The position numbers and the translations under genes were made by a program. The notes under the pieces were generated by a model. The model saw only the letters and a program-made list of their open reading frames with translations. It did not search any database and was not told the origin of the DNA. This document shows positions 52,980 to 63,046 of a stretch of 64,000 nt of DNA, one piece after another; within the stretch, counting starts at the first letter, position 1, and each line of letters opens with the position of its first letter. Source of the DNA: Polyangiaceae bacterium (GTDB taxonomy: Bacteria > Myxococcota_A > Polyangia > Polyangiales > Polyangiaceae); assembly GCA_050287085.1 (NCBI GenBank), contig JBNKBE010000002.1, positions 32,001-96,000 on the forward strand. Direction: 5' to 3'.

Positions 52980-55123
52980 AACGTAAGAACCAGCGCGCGC
53001 CGTCCGGAAATGGTGAACGGCCCGTCGCTGCAGTTCGCGCTACGTGGGGCAATCGCCTGCTTGGGCCGGAGGGGCGCTTCATCCGCATGCGGATGGGACT
53101 GTTGTGTGGACTGCTCGCGGCGGGGCTCGGTGTGGTGGCCGCTGCTAGTTACCACTTGACCATGGTGGACGGCTCCGACTGGCGCAAGCTAGCGCAAGCG
53201 CAGCGAGAACGGAGGCTCCACGTCCGGCCGAAGCGAGGCACTCTATACGATCGCAATGGTTCTGTCCTGGCGGTCAGCGTCGACGTGCCGACGGTGAGTG
53301 TCGACGCTGTTGAGCTGCTCAGTGGCGTGCCCGATCAGCGTCAGCCCGAGGTGGCCCGCGATGCTGCCCAGCGGATCGCTCGCGCACTCGATCTCGATCC
53401 GGCGCGTGTTGAGCGGAAGATTCTTCGCAAGCGTCGCTACGCCTTCCTGAAGCGCAACATCACCGCTGAGGAAGCGGGTGCGATCCGGCAGCTCGGGCAG
53501 CGCGATTCCGAAGGGGGGCGGATTCGTGGTCTGGTCGTCGATGGCGAAGGCCGTCGCTACTACCCAAGTCGAGAGCTTGCGGCACCCCTGTTGGGCTTCG
53601 TGGCACCCGACGGAGAGGGCAAGGACGGCGTCGAGTTGGTCCTTGACGAGGAACTCTCCGGTGAATTGGAACAGCTGCGCGGCCTGCGTGATCGCAACGG
53701 CCGGCTGTTGTTGTCAGAGGGGGTTACCAGTGAACGAGCATTTGCTGGGCATGACGTTAACCTCACCATCGATGTTGGCATTCAGCATGTAGCCGAGCGG
53801 GAGCTGGCCCTGGCGGCGCGCACGTATGAGGCCAAGTCGGGGTCTGTGGTAGTGGTGCAGCCCGACACCGGGGAAATCTTGGCGATGGCGAGCTGGCCTG
53901 GCTACAACCCCAACGATTACGGGGAGTCAGCGCCGCTCGAGAGGCGCAATCGTGCGATTGCCGATCGTTTCGAACCCGGATCGACGATGAAGATCTTCAC
54001 CGTCGCCATCGGGCTCGCGCAAGGCGAGATCAAACCCACCGAGCGGCTATACTGCGAGAAAGGGCATATGGCGGTGGACAACATCGTCATTCGCGATACC
54101 CATCCGGCGGAGTGGCTTACGGTCTCTCAAGTGCTGGCTCAGTCCTCGAATATCTGCGCCGCCAAGATCGGGCTCTCCTTGGGCGGAGACGCATTATATG
54201 AGGGCTTGCTTCGATTTGGTTTTGGGCAGCCTACCGACGTCGGGTTGGCTGGAGAGTCCAGCGGCATCTTGCGCCCCCGCAACCGCCCTTGGGTGCAAGT
54301 GGAGACAGCCTCTGCTGCGTTTGGTCAGGGTATTAGCGTCACGACCCTTCAGTTGGCGATGGCCACAGCGGCGGTTGCCAACGGCGGAAAGCTGTTGGAG
54401 CCCCGCCTGGTGCGGCGCGTGACATCAGCAACGGGGGAGGTCATCCGGGAGGCGACGCCGCGGGTGCGCCGGATTGCTGTTCCCGAGCGGGCAGCCGCTA
54501 CCGTGGCTGAGATGATGGTGGCGGTGACGGAGGGGCATGGCACCGGGGTAGACGCTTCGATCGAAGGCTTTCAGGTGGCGGGTAAGACGGCCACGGCGCA
54601 GAAGATCGACCCGGCAACGGGACGCTACTCACTCGATAACTACATTGCGTCCTTCGTCGGCTTTGTCCCGGCTCGGAACCCCGCCGTGGCGATCGCCGTG
54701 ACGATTGACGAACCCATGGTGGCTCATTCAGGGGGTGAGGTTGCGGCTCCTGTCTTTCGTGAGGTCGCCAAGATGGCCCTCAAGTATAAGGGACTCACTC
54801 CAGGAGGAAGCAAACCTGTAAGCTTGAGCGAGCTCGCACGTCAGCCTGATCCTGCGAACGCGACCTACGCGCTGATGCGAAAGGCCGAGGGACAAGCGCC
54901 CGCCGTTCAGGAGGTGCAGACTCAAATGCCCCTCGGAAAGGATCAGGTCCGGGTTCCAGACATGACGGGGTGGCCCTTGCGACGCGCGCTTGTGGAGACG
55001 CGTGCGATGGGGGTTCTGGCGCGCGTCCGAGGGCACGGCCTGGTAAGCAAACAGGTGCCGAGTCCGGGACAGGTCGTCGACAAAGGCGGCGAACTGGTGC
55101 TGCATCTGGAGCCTGCTTCCTAG
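52976..55123 (+). CDS. ftsI: Class B penicillin-binding protein (PBP3) with PASTA domain
   Basis: RGTLYDRNG, EPGSTMK, SSN and GKTATAQ motifs; C-terminal VPDMTG. Confidence 0.95.
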   Translation: MKRKNQRAPSGNGERPVAAVRATWGNRLLGPEGRFIRMRMGLLCGLLAAGLGVVAAASYHLTMVDGSDWRKLAQAQRERRLHVRPKRGTLYDRNGSVLAVSVDVPTVSVDAVELLSGVPDQRQPEVARDAAQRIARALDLDPARVERKILRKRRYAFLKRNITAEEAGAIRQLGQRDSEGGRIRGLVVDGEGRRYYPSRELAAPLLGFVAPDGEGKDGVELVLDEELSGELEQLRGLRDRNGRLLLSEGVTSERAFAGHDVNLTIDVGIQHVAERELALAARTYEAKSGSVVVVQPDTGEILAMASWPGYNPNDYGESAPLERRNRAIADRFEPGSTMKIFTVAIGLAQGEIKPTERLYCEKGHMAVDNIVIRDTHPAEWLTVSQVLAQSSNICAAKIGLSLGGDALYEGLLRFGFGQPTDVGLAGESSGILRPRNRPWVQVETASAAFGQGISVTTLQLAMATAAVANGGKLLEPRLVRRVTSATGEVIREATPRVRRIAVPERAAATVAEMMVAVTEGHGTGVDASIEGFQVAGKTATAQKIDPATGRYSLDNYIASFVGFVPARNPAVAIAVTIDEPMVAHSGGEVAAPVFREVAKMALKYKGLTPGGSKPVSLSELARQPDPANATYALMRKAEGQAPAVQEVQTQMPLGKDQVRVPDMTGWPLRRALVETRAMGVLARVRGHGLVSKQVPSPGQVVDKGGELVLHLEPAS

Positions 55124-55132
55124 GAGTGAACG

Positions 55133-56698
55133 ATGACGGTTTCAGGTTCATCCGAACGCTCACCTGTCGGCGCGGCCCTATCCGAGCTGGTCTGCACGCT
55201 GGAGCCCTTGGGGGTACAGCTAGTGGGGGACGCCGCGACTTGGGTCACCGACCTGACCCAAGACTCAAGGCACGTGACCCAGGGGTCGCTCTTTGTGGCT
55301 CGTCGTGGAGGGCGGGTGGATGGCCGCCGCTTCATACCAGCTGCGCTGGAGCAGGGGGCTTGTGCTGTTTTGGTAGAGGGCGAAGTCACAAGCCTTGCCG
55401 CCGCCGAGCATGCGGCTCGCGGCCTTGGCCTGAGTGGACGGGTGCCGCTGCTGGTGGTTTCGGACCTGGGTGCCGCCTTGTCTCCGGCTGCAGAAAGGGT
55501 CCACCAATACCCCAGCCGCGCTCTGGACGTCGTGGGTATTACCGGAACCAACGGCAAGACCACCACGGCAAGCGTGGTGGCTCAGGTCGGGCAGGCGTTG
55601 GGAAAGACTGTTGCGCAACTTGGAACTCTCGGCTTCAAATGCGCCGGGGTGAGCGAGGGTGCTTCGCTTACGACGCCCGAAGCGGACGTCGTGTCGCGCT
55701 ATCTGGCGAGGGCAAGGACTCTGGGCGCGAGTGCGGTCGCCATGGAGGTGTCGAGTCACGCCTTGGCGCAGCACCGAGTGGATGGCCTTGCCTTTCGCGC
55801 CGCAGCGCTGACCAACCTCACGCAGGACCATCTAGACTACCACGGCACGATGGAGGAGTACGGCCGCGCCAAGGCTCGGCTATTTCTGGATCTCGCGCCT
55901 GAGGTGTGTGTCATCAACATTGACGACCCCTTCGGGCATGAGCTGGCGACGCGCGTTGGGTCACGAGCTATTCGTGTAGGCCGGAGCGCTGGGGCGGACG
56001 TGCGGCTACTCGAAGTGCATTCGCCGGTTTTGGGTAATCAAAAAACGAGCTACCGCATCGCTATGTTGGGGCGCCCTCTCACGCTGGAGACTGAGCTGGT
56101 CGGAACGCATAACGCGGACAATTGGCTCACCTGTTTGGGGCTCGCACACGCTCTCGGTTGGTCAGCCGAAGAGGTGGCCGCAGTTGCGCCGCGCATCGCG
56201 GGCGCTCCAGGACGACTTGAACGCGTCCACGGTGAGGGGGACGATATCCAAGTGTATGTCGACTACGCGCATACGCCTGATGCGCTGCAGCGGGCGCTGA
56301 TGGCGTTGGGCGGGGCGGAGCGGGGTGCACTCTGGTGTGTGTTCGGGTGCGGCGGGGATCGCGATACTGGTAAGCGCCCGCTGATGGGAAGCGCGGCCAG
56401 CCGAAACGCAGACCGGGTGATCATCACCAGCGACAATCCGCGCACGGAAGAGCCGGGAGCCATCATATCGCAGATCGAATCCGGTCTCGTCGCGGGAGTC
56501 TCAGCGGACGTCGTAGCGGACCGGCATCAGGCCATCGAACGTGCACTTCTGACGGCGTCTTCGGGCGACGTGGTGCTGATCGCCGGCAAGGGTCACGAGG
56601 ACTATCAGATCGTAGGTACGGAGCGACGTCCCTTTGACGATCGCGAGGTTGCGCGCAAAGTGCTCGCTGAGCGTCGCGCGCGCCAGGGGCAAGTGTGA
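55133..56698 (+). CDS. murE: UDP-MurNAc-Ala-Glu--meso-DAP ligase
   Basis: GTNGKTT, MEVSSH, DYAHTPD and DNPR (DAP-type) motifs. Confidence 0.97.
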   Translation: MTVSGSSERSPVGAALSELVCTLEPLGVQLVGDAATWVTDLTQDSRHVTQGSLFVARRGGRVDGRRFIPAALEQGACAVLVEGEVTSLAAAEHAARGLGLSGRVPLLVVSDLGAALSPAAERVHQYPSRALDVVGITGTNGKTTTASVVAQVGQALGKTVAQLGTLGFKCAGVSEGASLTTPEADVVSRYLARARTLGASAVAMEVSSHALAQHRVDGLAFRAAALTNLTQDHLDYHGTMEEYGRAKARLFLDLAPEVCVINIDDPFGHELATRVGSRAIRVGRSAGADVRLLEVHSPVLGNQKTSYRIAMLGRPLTLETELVGTHNADNWLTCLGLAHALGWSAEEVAAVAPRIAGAPGRLERVHGEGDDIQVYVDYAHTPDALQRALMALGGAERGALWCVFGCGGDRDTGKRPLMGSAASRNADRVIITSDNPRTEEPGAIISQIESGLVAGVSADVVADRHQAIERALLTASSGDVVLIAGKGHEDYQIVGTERRPFDDREVARKVLAERRARQGQV

Positions 56699-58116
56699 CG
56701 CCAATCCCTTCCAATCGCGCCGCCTTCACCATTGCGGAGCTGCTATCGCTCACCGGCGGGTCTTTGGTGGCGGGGGCCACTGTCGAAGGCGCCAGTGAGG
56801 GCGTCTGCGGCGTTAGCACTGACTCGCGGGCGCCGGGTGAGCAAGCTCTTTTCGTTGCGCTCCAAGGGGTTCGTTTCGATGGGCACGACTTCCTGGCGGC
56901 CGCCCATGCTGCGGGAGCCGCAGCGGCGCTCGTAGAGAAAGATACCCCGGCGCCCGTCGGTATGGTGGTTGTCCGGGTTGCGTCGACGCTGGAGGCCTTA
57001 GGGCGGCTTGCAGCCCATCACCGCAGGCGCTGGGGCGGGCGGGTGGTGGCTGTGGCTGGCTCAGCGGGAAAGACAACAACCTGCTCCGCGGTGGGGCAGG
57101 TCTTGACAGCGCTGCTGCCGGGCGCGGTCCACAAGACACCCGGCAATCTCAACAATCGCATTGGCGTTCCGATGGTGCTGCTCGGACTCGAGCCTCGACA
57201 TCGCGTGCTCGTGGTGGAACTGGGAACCAACCAACCTGGCGAAGTTGCGGCGCTAACCCGGATGGCGCAGCCTGATATCGGGGTGCTCACGTTGATCGAA
57301 CTCGAACACACCGAAGGGCTGGGCGACATCGACGGAGTCGAGCGCGAGGAGCGTGCGCTGTACTTTGCTAGCGATTGCCTGGCCATCGGCAACGCGGACG
57401 ACGAACGCGTGGCGCGCGCTCTGGCGGAGCTTTCCGGTGTCGGACGGCCCACGCTGAGCTACGGTTTCGCCGCCGAATCGGTCTACCATATCCGTTCGCT
57501 TCACCTGACTTCGAACGGGCAGGGAGAGATCGAGCTTGCAGGCCCTCGGGGGGGGATCTCTTTGCGGACTCCCTACGTGGGGCGGCCAGGAGCACTTGCG
57601 ACGGTGGCCGCCTACGCCGTGCTCGATCAGTTCAGGGACGACGATGGAGGGCCTGGGCATCCGGCCTTGTCAGCGCTTTCCGCGCCTCAAGACGCGATGC
57701 GACTGACGGTGCGTCAGATCGGTCGGCTCACCGTCGTCGATGATTGCTACAATGCAAATCCGGCGAGCGTTCGCGCGGCCTTGGAAACCGCTGCAGAAAT
57801 TGCGGCGAGTGGAAGACGCCGGTTGGTCCTCGTGCTGGGGGAGATGCGGGAGCTCGGCACGTGCGCTGAGGGCGAACATCTTCGGATCCGTCAAGCGCTG
57901 GAGACCTGTCCCCATGCCGCGTTGTTTGCGGCGGCCGGGGACGCGCGCCACTTCGGGGCACTTCCCGGCCGTTTCGCGGAAGATGCCGCCGAACTGATCG
58001 ACGCGATCGCTGCGGAATGTCGGCCTGGAGACGTCGTCTTGGTAAAAGGCTCCCGCGGCGTTGGGCTTGAACGCGTGGTGCGTGCGCTTGCTCAGCAGCC
58101 GCAACGGTACTCATGA
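56695..58116 (+). CDS. murF: UDP-MurNAc-tripeptide--D-Ala-D-Ala ligase
   Basis: GSAGKTT, GNLNNRIGVP, DCYNANP and KGSRG motifs. Confidence 0.96.
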   Translation: MTPIPSNRAAFTIAELLSLTGGSLVAGATVEGASEGVCGVSTDSRAPGEQALFVALQGVRFDGHDFLAAAHAAGAAAALVEKDTPAPVGMVVVRVASTLEALGRLAAHHRRRWGGRVVAVAGSAGKTTTCSAVGQVLTALLPGAVHKTPGNLNNRIGVPMVLLGLEPRHRVLVVELGTNQPGEVAALTRMAQPDIGVLTLIELEHTEGLGDIDGVEREERALYFASDCLAIGNADDERVARALAELSGVGRPTLSYGFAAESVYHIRSLHLTSNGQGEIELAGPRGGISLRTPYVGRPGALATVAAYAVLDQFRDDDGGPGHPALSALSAPQDAMRLTVRQIGRLTVVDDCYNANPASVRAALETAAEIAASGRRRLVLVLGEMRELGTCAEGEHLRIRQALETCPHAALFAAAGDARHFGALPGRFAEDAAELIDAIAAECRPGDVVLVKGSRGVGLERVVRALAQQPQRYS

Positions 58117-59243
58117 TCTACGAGCTTCTCTACCCGCTCAGCACTCGCTTTGGGTGGGCCGGTGCGCTGAACGTACTGCGCTACGTCCCTTTCCGCGTCA
58201 TCGTGGCCGTCATCTCGGCGATGTTGATGTCGTTCTTGCTCGCGCCGTGGTTCATTCGTGAACTGCAGAAGAAGCAGATCGGCCAGGTCATTCGCGAGTC
58301 GGGTCCCGAGAGCCATCGTCTCAAAGCCGGGACTCCGACCATGGGAGGGGCCCTCATCCTGCTGTCCGTGTTGGTGCCTACCGTAATGTGGGCAGACGTT
58401 CGCAATACTTTCGTAGTTGCCACGGCGACGGTGACGGCTGGCTTCGGTCTCATTGGTTTCATCGACGACCGAAGCAAGATCGTCAAGAAGTCCAGCGCCG
58501 GCTTATCGGCGCGCTTGCGCCTGCTGGGGGAGTTTTCCATTGCGGGCATGGCGCTGACGTACGTGTTCTTTGCCGACACGACGTTATCTCCAGAGTGGCT
58601 CGCGATGCGGGACCAACTCACCCTACCGTTTGTCGCCTACAGCAAGTTTTCGCTGGAGCTTCCGAGCTGGTTGTACATCGCCTTTGCCGTATTTGTCGTC
58701 GTGTCCATGGCCAACGGGGTTAACCTAACGGATGGCCTCGACGGGCTCGCGATTGGGCCCGTGATGATCAACGCGGGAACGTACCTCATTTGGGCTTATG
58801 TTGCCGGTGCGGTGCTCTTCGGGCAGCCCCTGGCGACCTACCTGGACATTCCGGGGATCCAAGAGATGAGCGAACTGGCCGTTTTCGGCGGCGCTATCAT
58901 CGGGGCTGGCATCGGCTTTCTTTGGTACAACACCTATCCGGCTCAGGTCTTCATGGGCGACGTAGGGTCGCTCTCGTTGGGCGGGGGTATCGGCATGCTG
59001 GCAGTACTGACGAAAAACGAACTACTGAGCGTGCTCATCGGCGGCATCTTCGTGCTGGAGACCGTTAGCGTAATCACCCAGGTGGCGTCGTTTAAGCTGT
59101 TCGGACGTCGCGTCTTCTTGATGGCCCCAATCCATCATCACTACGAGAAGAAGGGTTGGGCCGAGCCCAAGATCATCGTTCGCTTCTGGATTATCAGCGT
59201 GTTGCTTGCGCTTGTCGGGCTGTCATCGCTGAAGCTGCGCTAA
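58113..59243 (+). CDS. mraY: Phospho-MurNAc-pentapeptide transferase
   Basis: GTPTMGG, NLTDGLDGL, FMGDVGS and APIHHHYE motifs. Confidence 0.98.
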   Translation: MIYELLYPLSTRFGWAGALNVLRYVPFRVIVAVISAMLMSFLLAPWFIRELQKKQIGQVIRESGPESHRLKAGTPTMGGALILLSVLVPTVMWADVRNTFVVATATVTAGFGLIGFIDDRSKIVKKSSAGLSARLRLLGEFSIAGMALTYVFFADTTLSPEWLAMRDQLTLPFVAYSKFSLELPSWLYIAFAVFVVVSMANGVNLTDGLDGLAIGPVMINAGTYLIWAYVAGAVLFGQPLATYLDIPGIQEMSELAVFGGAIIGAGIGFLWYNTYPAQVFMGDVGSLSLGGGIGMLAVLTKNELLSVLIGGIFVLETVSVITQVASFKLFGRRVFLMAPIHHHYEKKGWAEPKIIVRFWIISVLLALVGLSSLKLR

Positions 59244-59321
59244 GGGCCTGCGGATGGGAAGCGAGCGTGCTCATCACAATAGTGGTGCATCACATCAATT
59301 CGGAAGTAGGACCGACTGCAT

Positions 59322-60635
59322 ATGGACCTTGAAGGGCAAAGCGTCATCGTGGTGGGCATGGGAGAGAGCGGCAAGCGGGCGGCCGAGCTAGCCCAGGCTC
59401 TTGGGGCTCGAGTGACCGTGACCGATGACCGTCCGGCAAGCGCCTTCGCGGGAGCGTTTGACGGGGCCGGGTATGAACTGCGTTTCGGGGGGAAACAAGG
59501 TGTTCCGTTTGACGCAGCCGACTGCGTTGTCGTCTCTCCCGGCGTACCGGACTTTCCGGCACTTCACAGCGCGTCGCGGGTTGTTTCCGAGCTGGAATTT
59601 GCCTCGTGGTACGTACGTTTTCCGTTGATCGCAGTAGGGGGTACCAACGGCAAAAGCACCACTACGCTGCTGCTTGCGCGCTTGCTGGAGGCCGCTGGCC
59701 TACGGGTGTTTGCGGGAGGCAACCTGGGGGTTCCGTTGTCTGCGGTGGCTCGAGAGGTATTTGACGTCGGGGTGGTTGAGGTTTCTAGTTTTCAGCTGGA
59801 GCGGCTCATGCACTTCAGGCCCCAAGTGAGCGTGCTGCTCAACGTCAGCGAGGATCACCTGGATCGCTACGCCGATTTCGCGGCATATGCTGGGGCCAAG
59901 GGCAATGCGTTCGCGCGGCAGGGGCCTGGCGACTACGCGATTGTGCCGGCGCAAGATCCGGTGTGCCTCGCCGAAGCCAGGCGTGGTCAGGGGCAGGTCG
60001 TGACGTTTGGAGCTGGGGGCGACTACGAAGCGAGCACCCGCGGAATCATGGACCATCGAAGGGGCCGGGTGCTGAGCCTTGATGGCGTCAAGCTTCATGG
60101 GCATCACAACCTGAGCAATGCGGCGGCGGCGGTCGCGGCGGCAGCGGCTTTTGGAGTTTCGTGGGAGGTCCTGGAGGCAGGGCTACGGGCCTTCGAGCCC
60201 TTGCCGCATCGCATGGCGTTTGTTCGGGAGCTCGATGGCGTTCGCTATTTTGACGACTCCAAGGCCACCAACGTGGGGGCCGCGGTGACCGCGCTCGGGG
60301 GACTGAGCGAGGAGCGTTGCGTCTTGATCGCGGGCGGGCGGGACAAGCAGGGTTCGTATCTGCCGCTGCGCCGTGCTCTCGAGCGGCGCGGACGCGCGGC
60401 AATTCTCATCGGAGAGGCGGCGGCCACGATCGAAACGGCCCTGCTCGGCGCGGTGCCCCTCTACCGGGCCGGCAGTATGGATCAGGCCGTGCAACTCGCT
60501 CAGAAGTTGGCCCAGCCGCGGGATGCGGTATTGCTTAGCCCTGCCTGCTCGAGCTTCGACATGTATCAGAGCTACGCAGCGCGCGGGGATGACTTCGCGC
60601 GCGCCGTGCTCGAGCTGGGCTCCGGCGCCTCTTGA
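59322..60635 (+). CDS. murD: UDP-MurNAc-Ala--D-Glu ligase
   Basis: GTNGKSTT, EVSSFQL, DDSKATN and LSPACSSFD motifs. Confidence 0.97.
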   Translation: MDLEGQSVIVVGMGESGKRAAELAQALGARVTVTDDRPASAFAGAFDGAGYELRFGGKQGVPFDAADCVVVSPGVPDFPALHSASRVVSELEFASWYVRFPLIAVGGTNGKSTTTLLLARLLEAAGLRVFAGGNLGVPLSAVAREVFDVGVVEVSSFQLERLMHFRPQVSVLLNVSEDHLDRYADFAAYAGAKGNAFARQGPGDYAIVPAQDPVCLAEARRGQGQVVTFGAGGDYEASTRGIMDHRRGRVLSLDGVKLHGHHNLSNAAAAVAAAAAFGVSWEVLEAGLRAFEPLPHRMAFVRELDGVRYFDDSKATNVGAAVTALGGLSEERCVLIAGGRDKQGSYLPLRRALERRGRAAILIGEAAATIETALLGAVPLYRAGSMDQAVQLAQKLAQPRDAVLLSPACSSFDMYQSYAARGDDFARAVLELGSGAS

Positions 60636-60650
60636 TCGCTCAGCCAGCTC

Positions 60651-61910
60651 ATGAAGCAGTTTCTAAGCTCCTTGTTTCCCACCCGCGCGTTTGGCAGTGA
60701 GCCCGTGGGACCTGTCGATTCCATCCTGGCCGCCATGACCATCGGTCTGCTGGGGTTCGGGGTGGTGATGGTGTTCAGCGCCAGCGCGATAGAGGCCACG
60801 GTCGTATTCGACCAGCCCTACCGCTTCCTCAACCGTCAGGCGACGTTTGCGCTATTGGGGCTTGGGATCCTATGGGGCGTCTCGCGCATCGACTATCACT
60901 CTTATCGCCGCTTCACCTACGTCATTCTTGCGCTGGTGACGGCTTTGATGCTCGCGAGCGTCAGCGGGCTCGGGCATTCCGGAGGCGGCGCTGCGCGTTG
61001 GCTGAGGCTCGGTCCCGTACACGTCCAGCCGTCGGAGATGGCCAAGTTGGCATTGATCTTATGGCTCGCTTATTCGCTCGCCAAAAAACGAAGCGAGCAG
61101 GTGAAGACGTTTGCCGTAGGGATGGTGCCGCACTTCATGATGGCGGGATTCTTGGTCTTGCTCTGTCTCAGTCAGCCCGACTTCGGCGGAGCGGTGGTGT
61201 TGTTATTCCTCACCTTCACGTTGCTCTTCGTGGCGGGCGCGCGCATCGCGTACCTGGCGCTGGTGGGGCTCGCAGGGAGTGCGGTGGCCGCATGGTTGGT
61301 CCGCTTTGAGCCGTATCGCTGGAAACGTGTGCTTGCCTGGATGCACCTCAGCGAGCACAAGTCGGGGCTCGCCTACCAGCCCTTCCAGTCCGTCATGAGT
61401 TTTGGCGCCGGTGAGTTTTCGGGTATGGGCCTGGGTAAAGGCCTGCAGGTGCTCTACTTGCCCGAGGCACACACCGACTTCGTGGCTGCGATCATCGGCG
61501 AAGAGCTCGGCTTGATCGGGATCGGGGCCTTGTGCCTCACCTACTTGGTTATCGTTTCCCGGGGCGTCCGGGTAGCGCTTGCGGCCGATGACGAGTACGG
61601 CTCGTACGTTGCTTTCGGCATCAGCGTGTTGTTTGGCGTGCAAGCACTCATCAACTTGGCCGTTGCGATGTCCATGCTGCCCACGAAGGGTCTGACGTTG
61701 CCTTTTGTCAGCTACGGTGGCTCGTCATTGCTGGTCAATTGTGCGGCCATGGGGGTGTTGCTCAACGTATCGCGCCGGCGACGGCCGGCGGGCAACCATC
61801 GGCTTGCGTCGATGGCCAGCCCGGAAGCGTCGATGCTGGTTGCCGCGGAGAGTCAAGCGTCGGGCTTGAGGCGCGCTTTCCGAGGGGGCCGGGAGCCGGC
61901 TGCGTCCTAA
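60651..61910 (+). CDS. ftsW: SEDS peptidoglycan polymerase FtsW
   Basis: QPSEMAK, LPEAHTDF and LPFVSYGGSS motifs. Confidence 0.97.
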   Translation: MKQFLSSLFPTRAFGSEPVGPVDSILAAMTIGLLGFGVVMVFSASAIEATVVFDQPYRFLNRQATFALLGLGILWGVSRIDYHSYRRFTYVILALVTALMLASVSGLGHSGGGAARWLRLGPVHVQPSEMAKLALILWLAYSLAKKRSEQVKTFAVGMVPHFMMAGFLVLLCLSQPDFGGAVVLLFLTFTLLFVAGARIAYLALVGLAGSAVAAWLVRFEPYRWKRVLAWMHLSEHKSGLAYQPFQSVMSFGAGEFSGMGLGKGLQVLYLPEAHTDFVAAIIGEELGLIGIGALCLTYLVIVSRGVRVALAADDEYGSYVAFGISVLFGVQALINLAVAMSMLPTKGLTLPFVSYGGSSLLVNCAAMGVLLNVSRRRRPAGNHRLASMASPEASMLVAAESQASGLRRAFRGGREPAAS

Positions 61911-63046
61911 TGGCGGAGACCGTATTGCTCGCCGGGGGTGGGACTGGCGGTCATGTCTTTCCGATGATTGCTGTGGCCGATGAGCTGCGGCGCCTGCTGC
62001 CAACGCTTCGCCTGGTGTTTGTTGGTACGGAGCGCGGACTCGAGAGCAAAGTCGTTCCTGAATGCGGCTACGAACTTCGCTATGTTTCGATGGCGCCGCT
62101 GCTCGGCGGTGGGGTTTGGGGGGGGCTGAAGGGGGCTGTCCGCGCCGGGCTGGCGATGCCAGAGGGACTCCTCTTGGTGCGAGAGCTACAGCCTGCCGTC
62201 GTGTTTTCTATGGGGGGATACGCTGCCGGCTCCGCGGCATTGGCGGCGCGGCTGCTTCGTGTTCCGCTGGCCCTCATGGAGCCCAACAGTGTGCTTGGGC
62301 TGGCGAATCGTCTCGTCGCGCCGCTCGTGCAGCGGGCCTACACGTCGTACGAAGACGTTGAGTCATCATTTCCTCGAGGGACGGTTCTGCGGAGCGGACT
62401 TGCGATTCGACGTGGGTTTGCTCGCGTCCCGTTTCAGCCGGATGGCGACGTGCTGCGGGTGCTCGTATTGGGCGGTAGCCAGGGGGCCCGCACCCTCAAT
62501 GAAGCCGTACCGCGCGCGCTCAGTCAGACGCGGGTCCGGGTGCGAGTAGTGCATCAGGCGGGCAAGGGGAAAGACGAAGCGGTGCGCACGTTGTACCAAG
62601 CACTCGGAGCGACCGAGGCGGTTTCAGTGCTGCCGTTCATTGCGGACATGCCCTCGGCCCTGGCCCAGGCTGATCTGGTCATCAGTCGTAGCGGTGCGGG
62701 GGCATGCAGCGAGATTTGTGCCGTGGGACGACCGTCGCTTCTAGTTCCCTATCCCTTTGCTGCGGGCGACCATCAACGCAAGAATGCCGAGGCTCTCGTG
62801 CGCGCCGGAGCGGCGCGCCAGATCGCCGACCGGGAAGCGACGCCGGACCGCCTGACCGCGTTGATCGACAGTTTAGGGCAAGGACGCTCAGAATTGGCCA
62901 CGATGGCCGAAAGCGCGGCTCGAATCGGTCGCCCGAGCGCTGCGGAACGGGTCGCCCGAGACCTGCTTGAGCTCGGGGGCCTAGGCGTGCCAGAAGAGGC
63001 TTCGGCCAGCCCGGAGCTGTCTCCACGGGCGTCGGAGGTTCACTGA
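61910..63046 (+). CDS. murG: Lipid I N-acetylglucosamine transferase
   Basis: GGGTGGHVFP, GGSQGA, SRSGA and HQRKNA motifs. Confidence 0.97.
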   Translation: MAETVLLAGGGTGGHVFPMIAVADELRRLLPTLRLVFVGTERGLESKVVPECGYELRYVSMAPLLGGGVWGGLKGAVRAGLAMPEGLLLVRELQPAVVFSMGGYAAGSAALAARLLRVPLALMEPNSVLGLANRLVAPLVQRAYTSYEDVESSFPRGTVLRSGLAIRRGFARVPFQPDGDVLRVLVLGGSQGARTLNEAVPRALSQTRVRVRVVHQAGKGKDEAVRTLYQALGATEAVSVLPFIADMPSALAQADLVISRSGAGACSEICAVGRPSLLVPYPFAAGDHQRKNAEALVRAGAARQIADREATPDRLTALIDSLGQGRSELATMAESAARIGRPSAAERVARDLLELGGLGVPEEASASPELSPRASEVH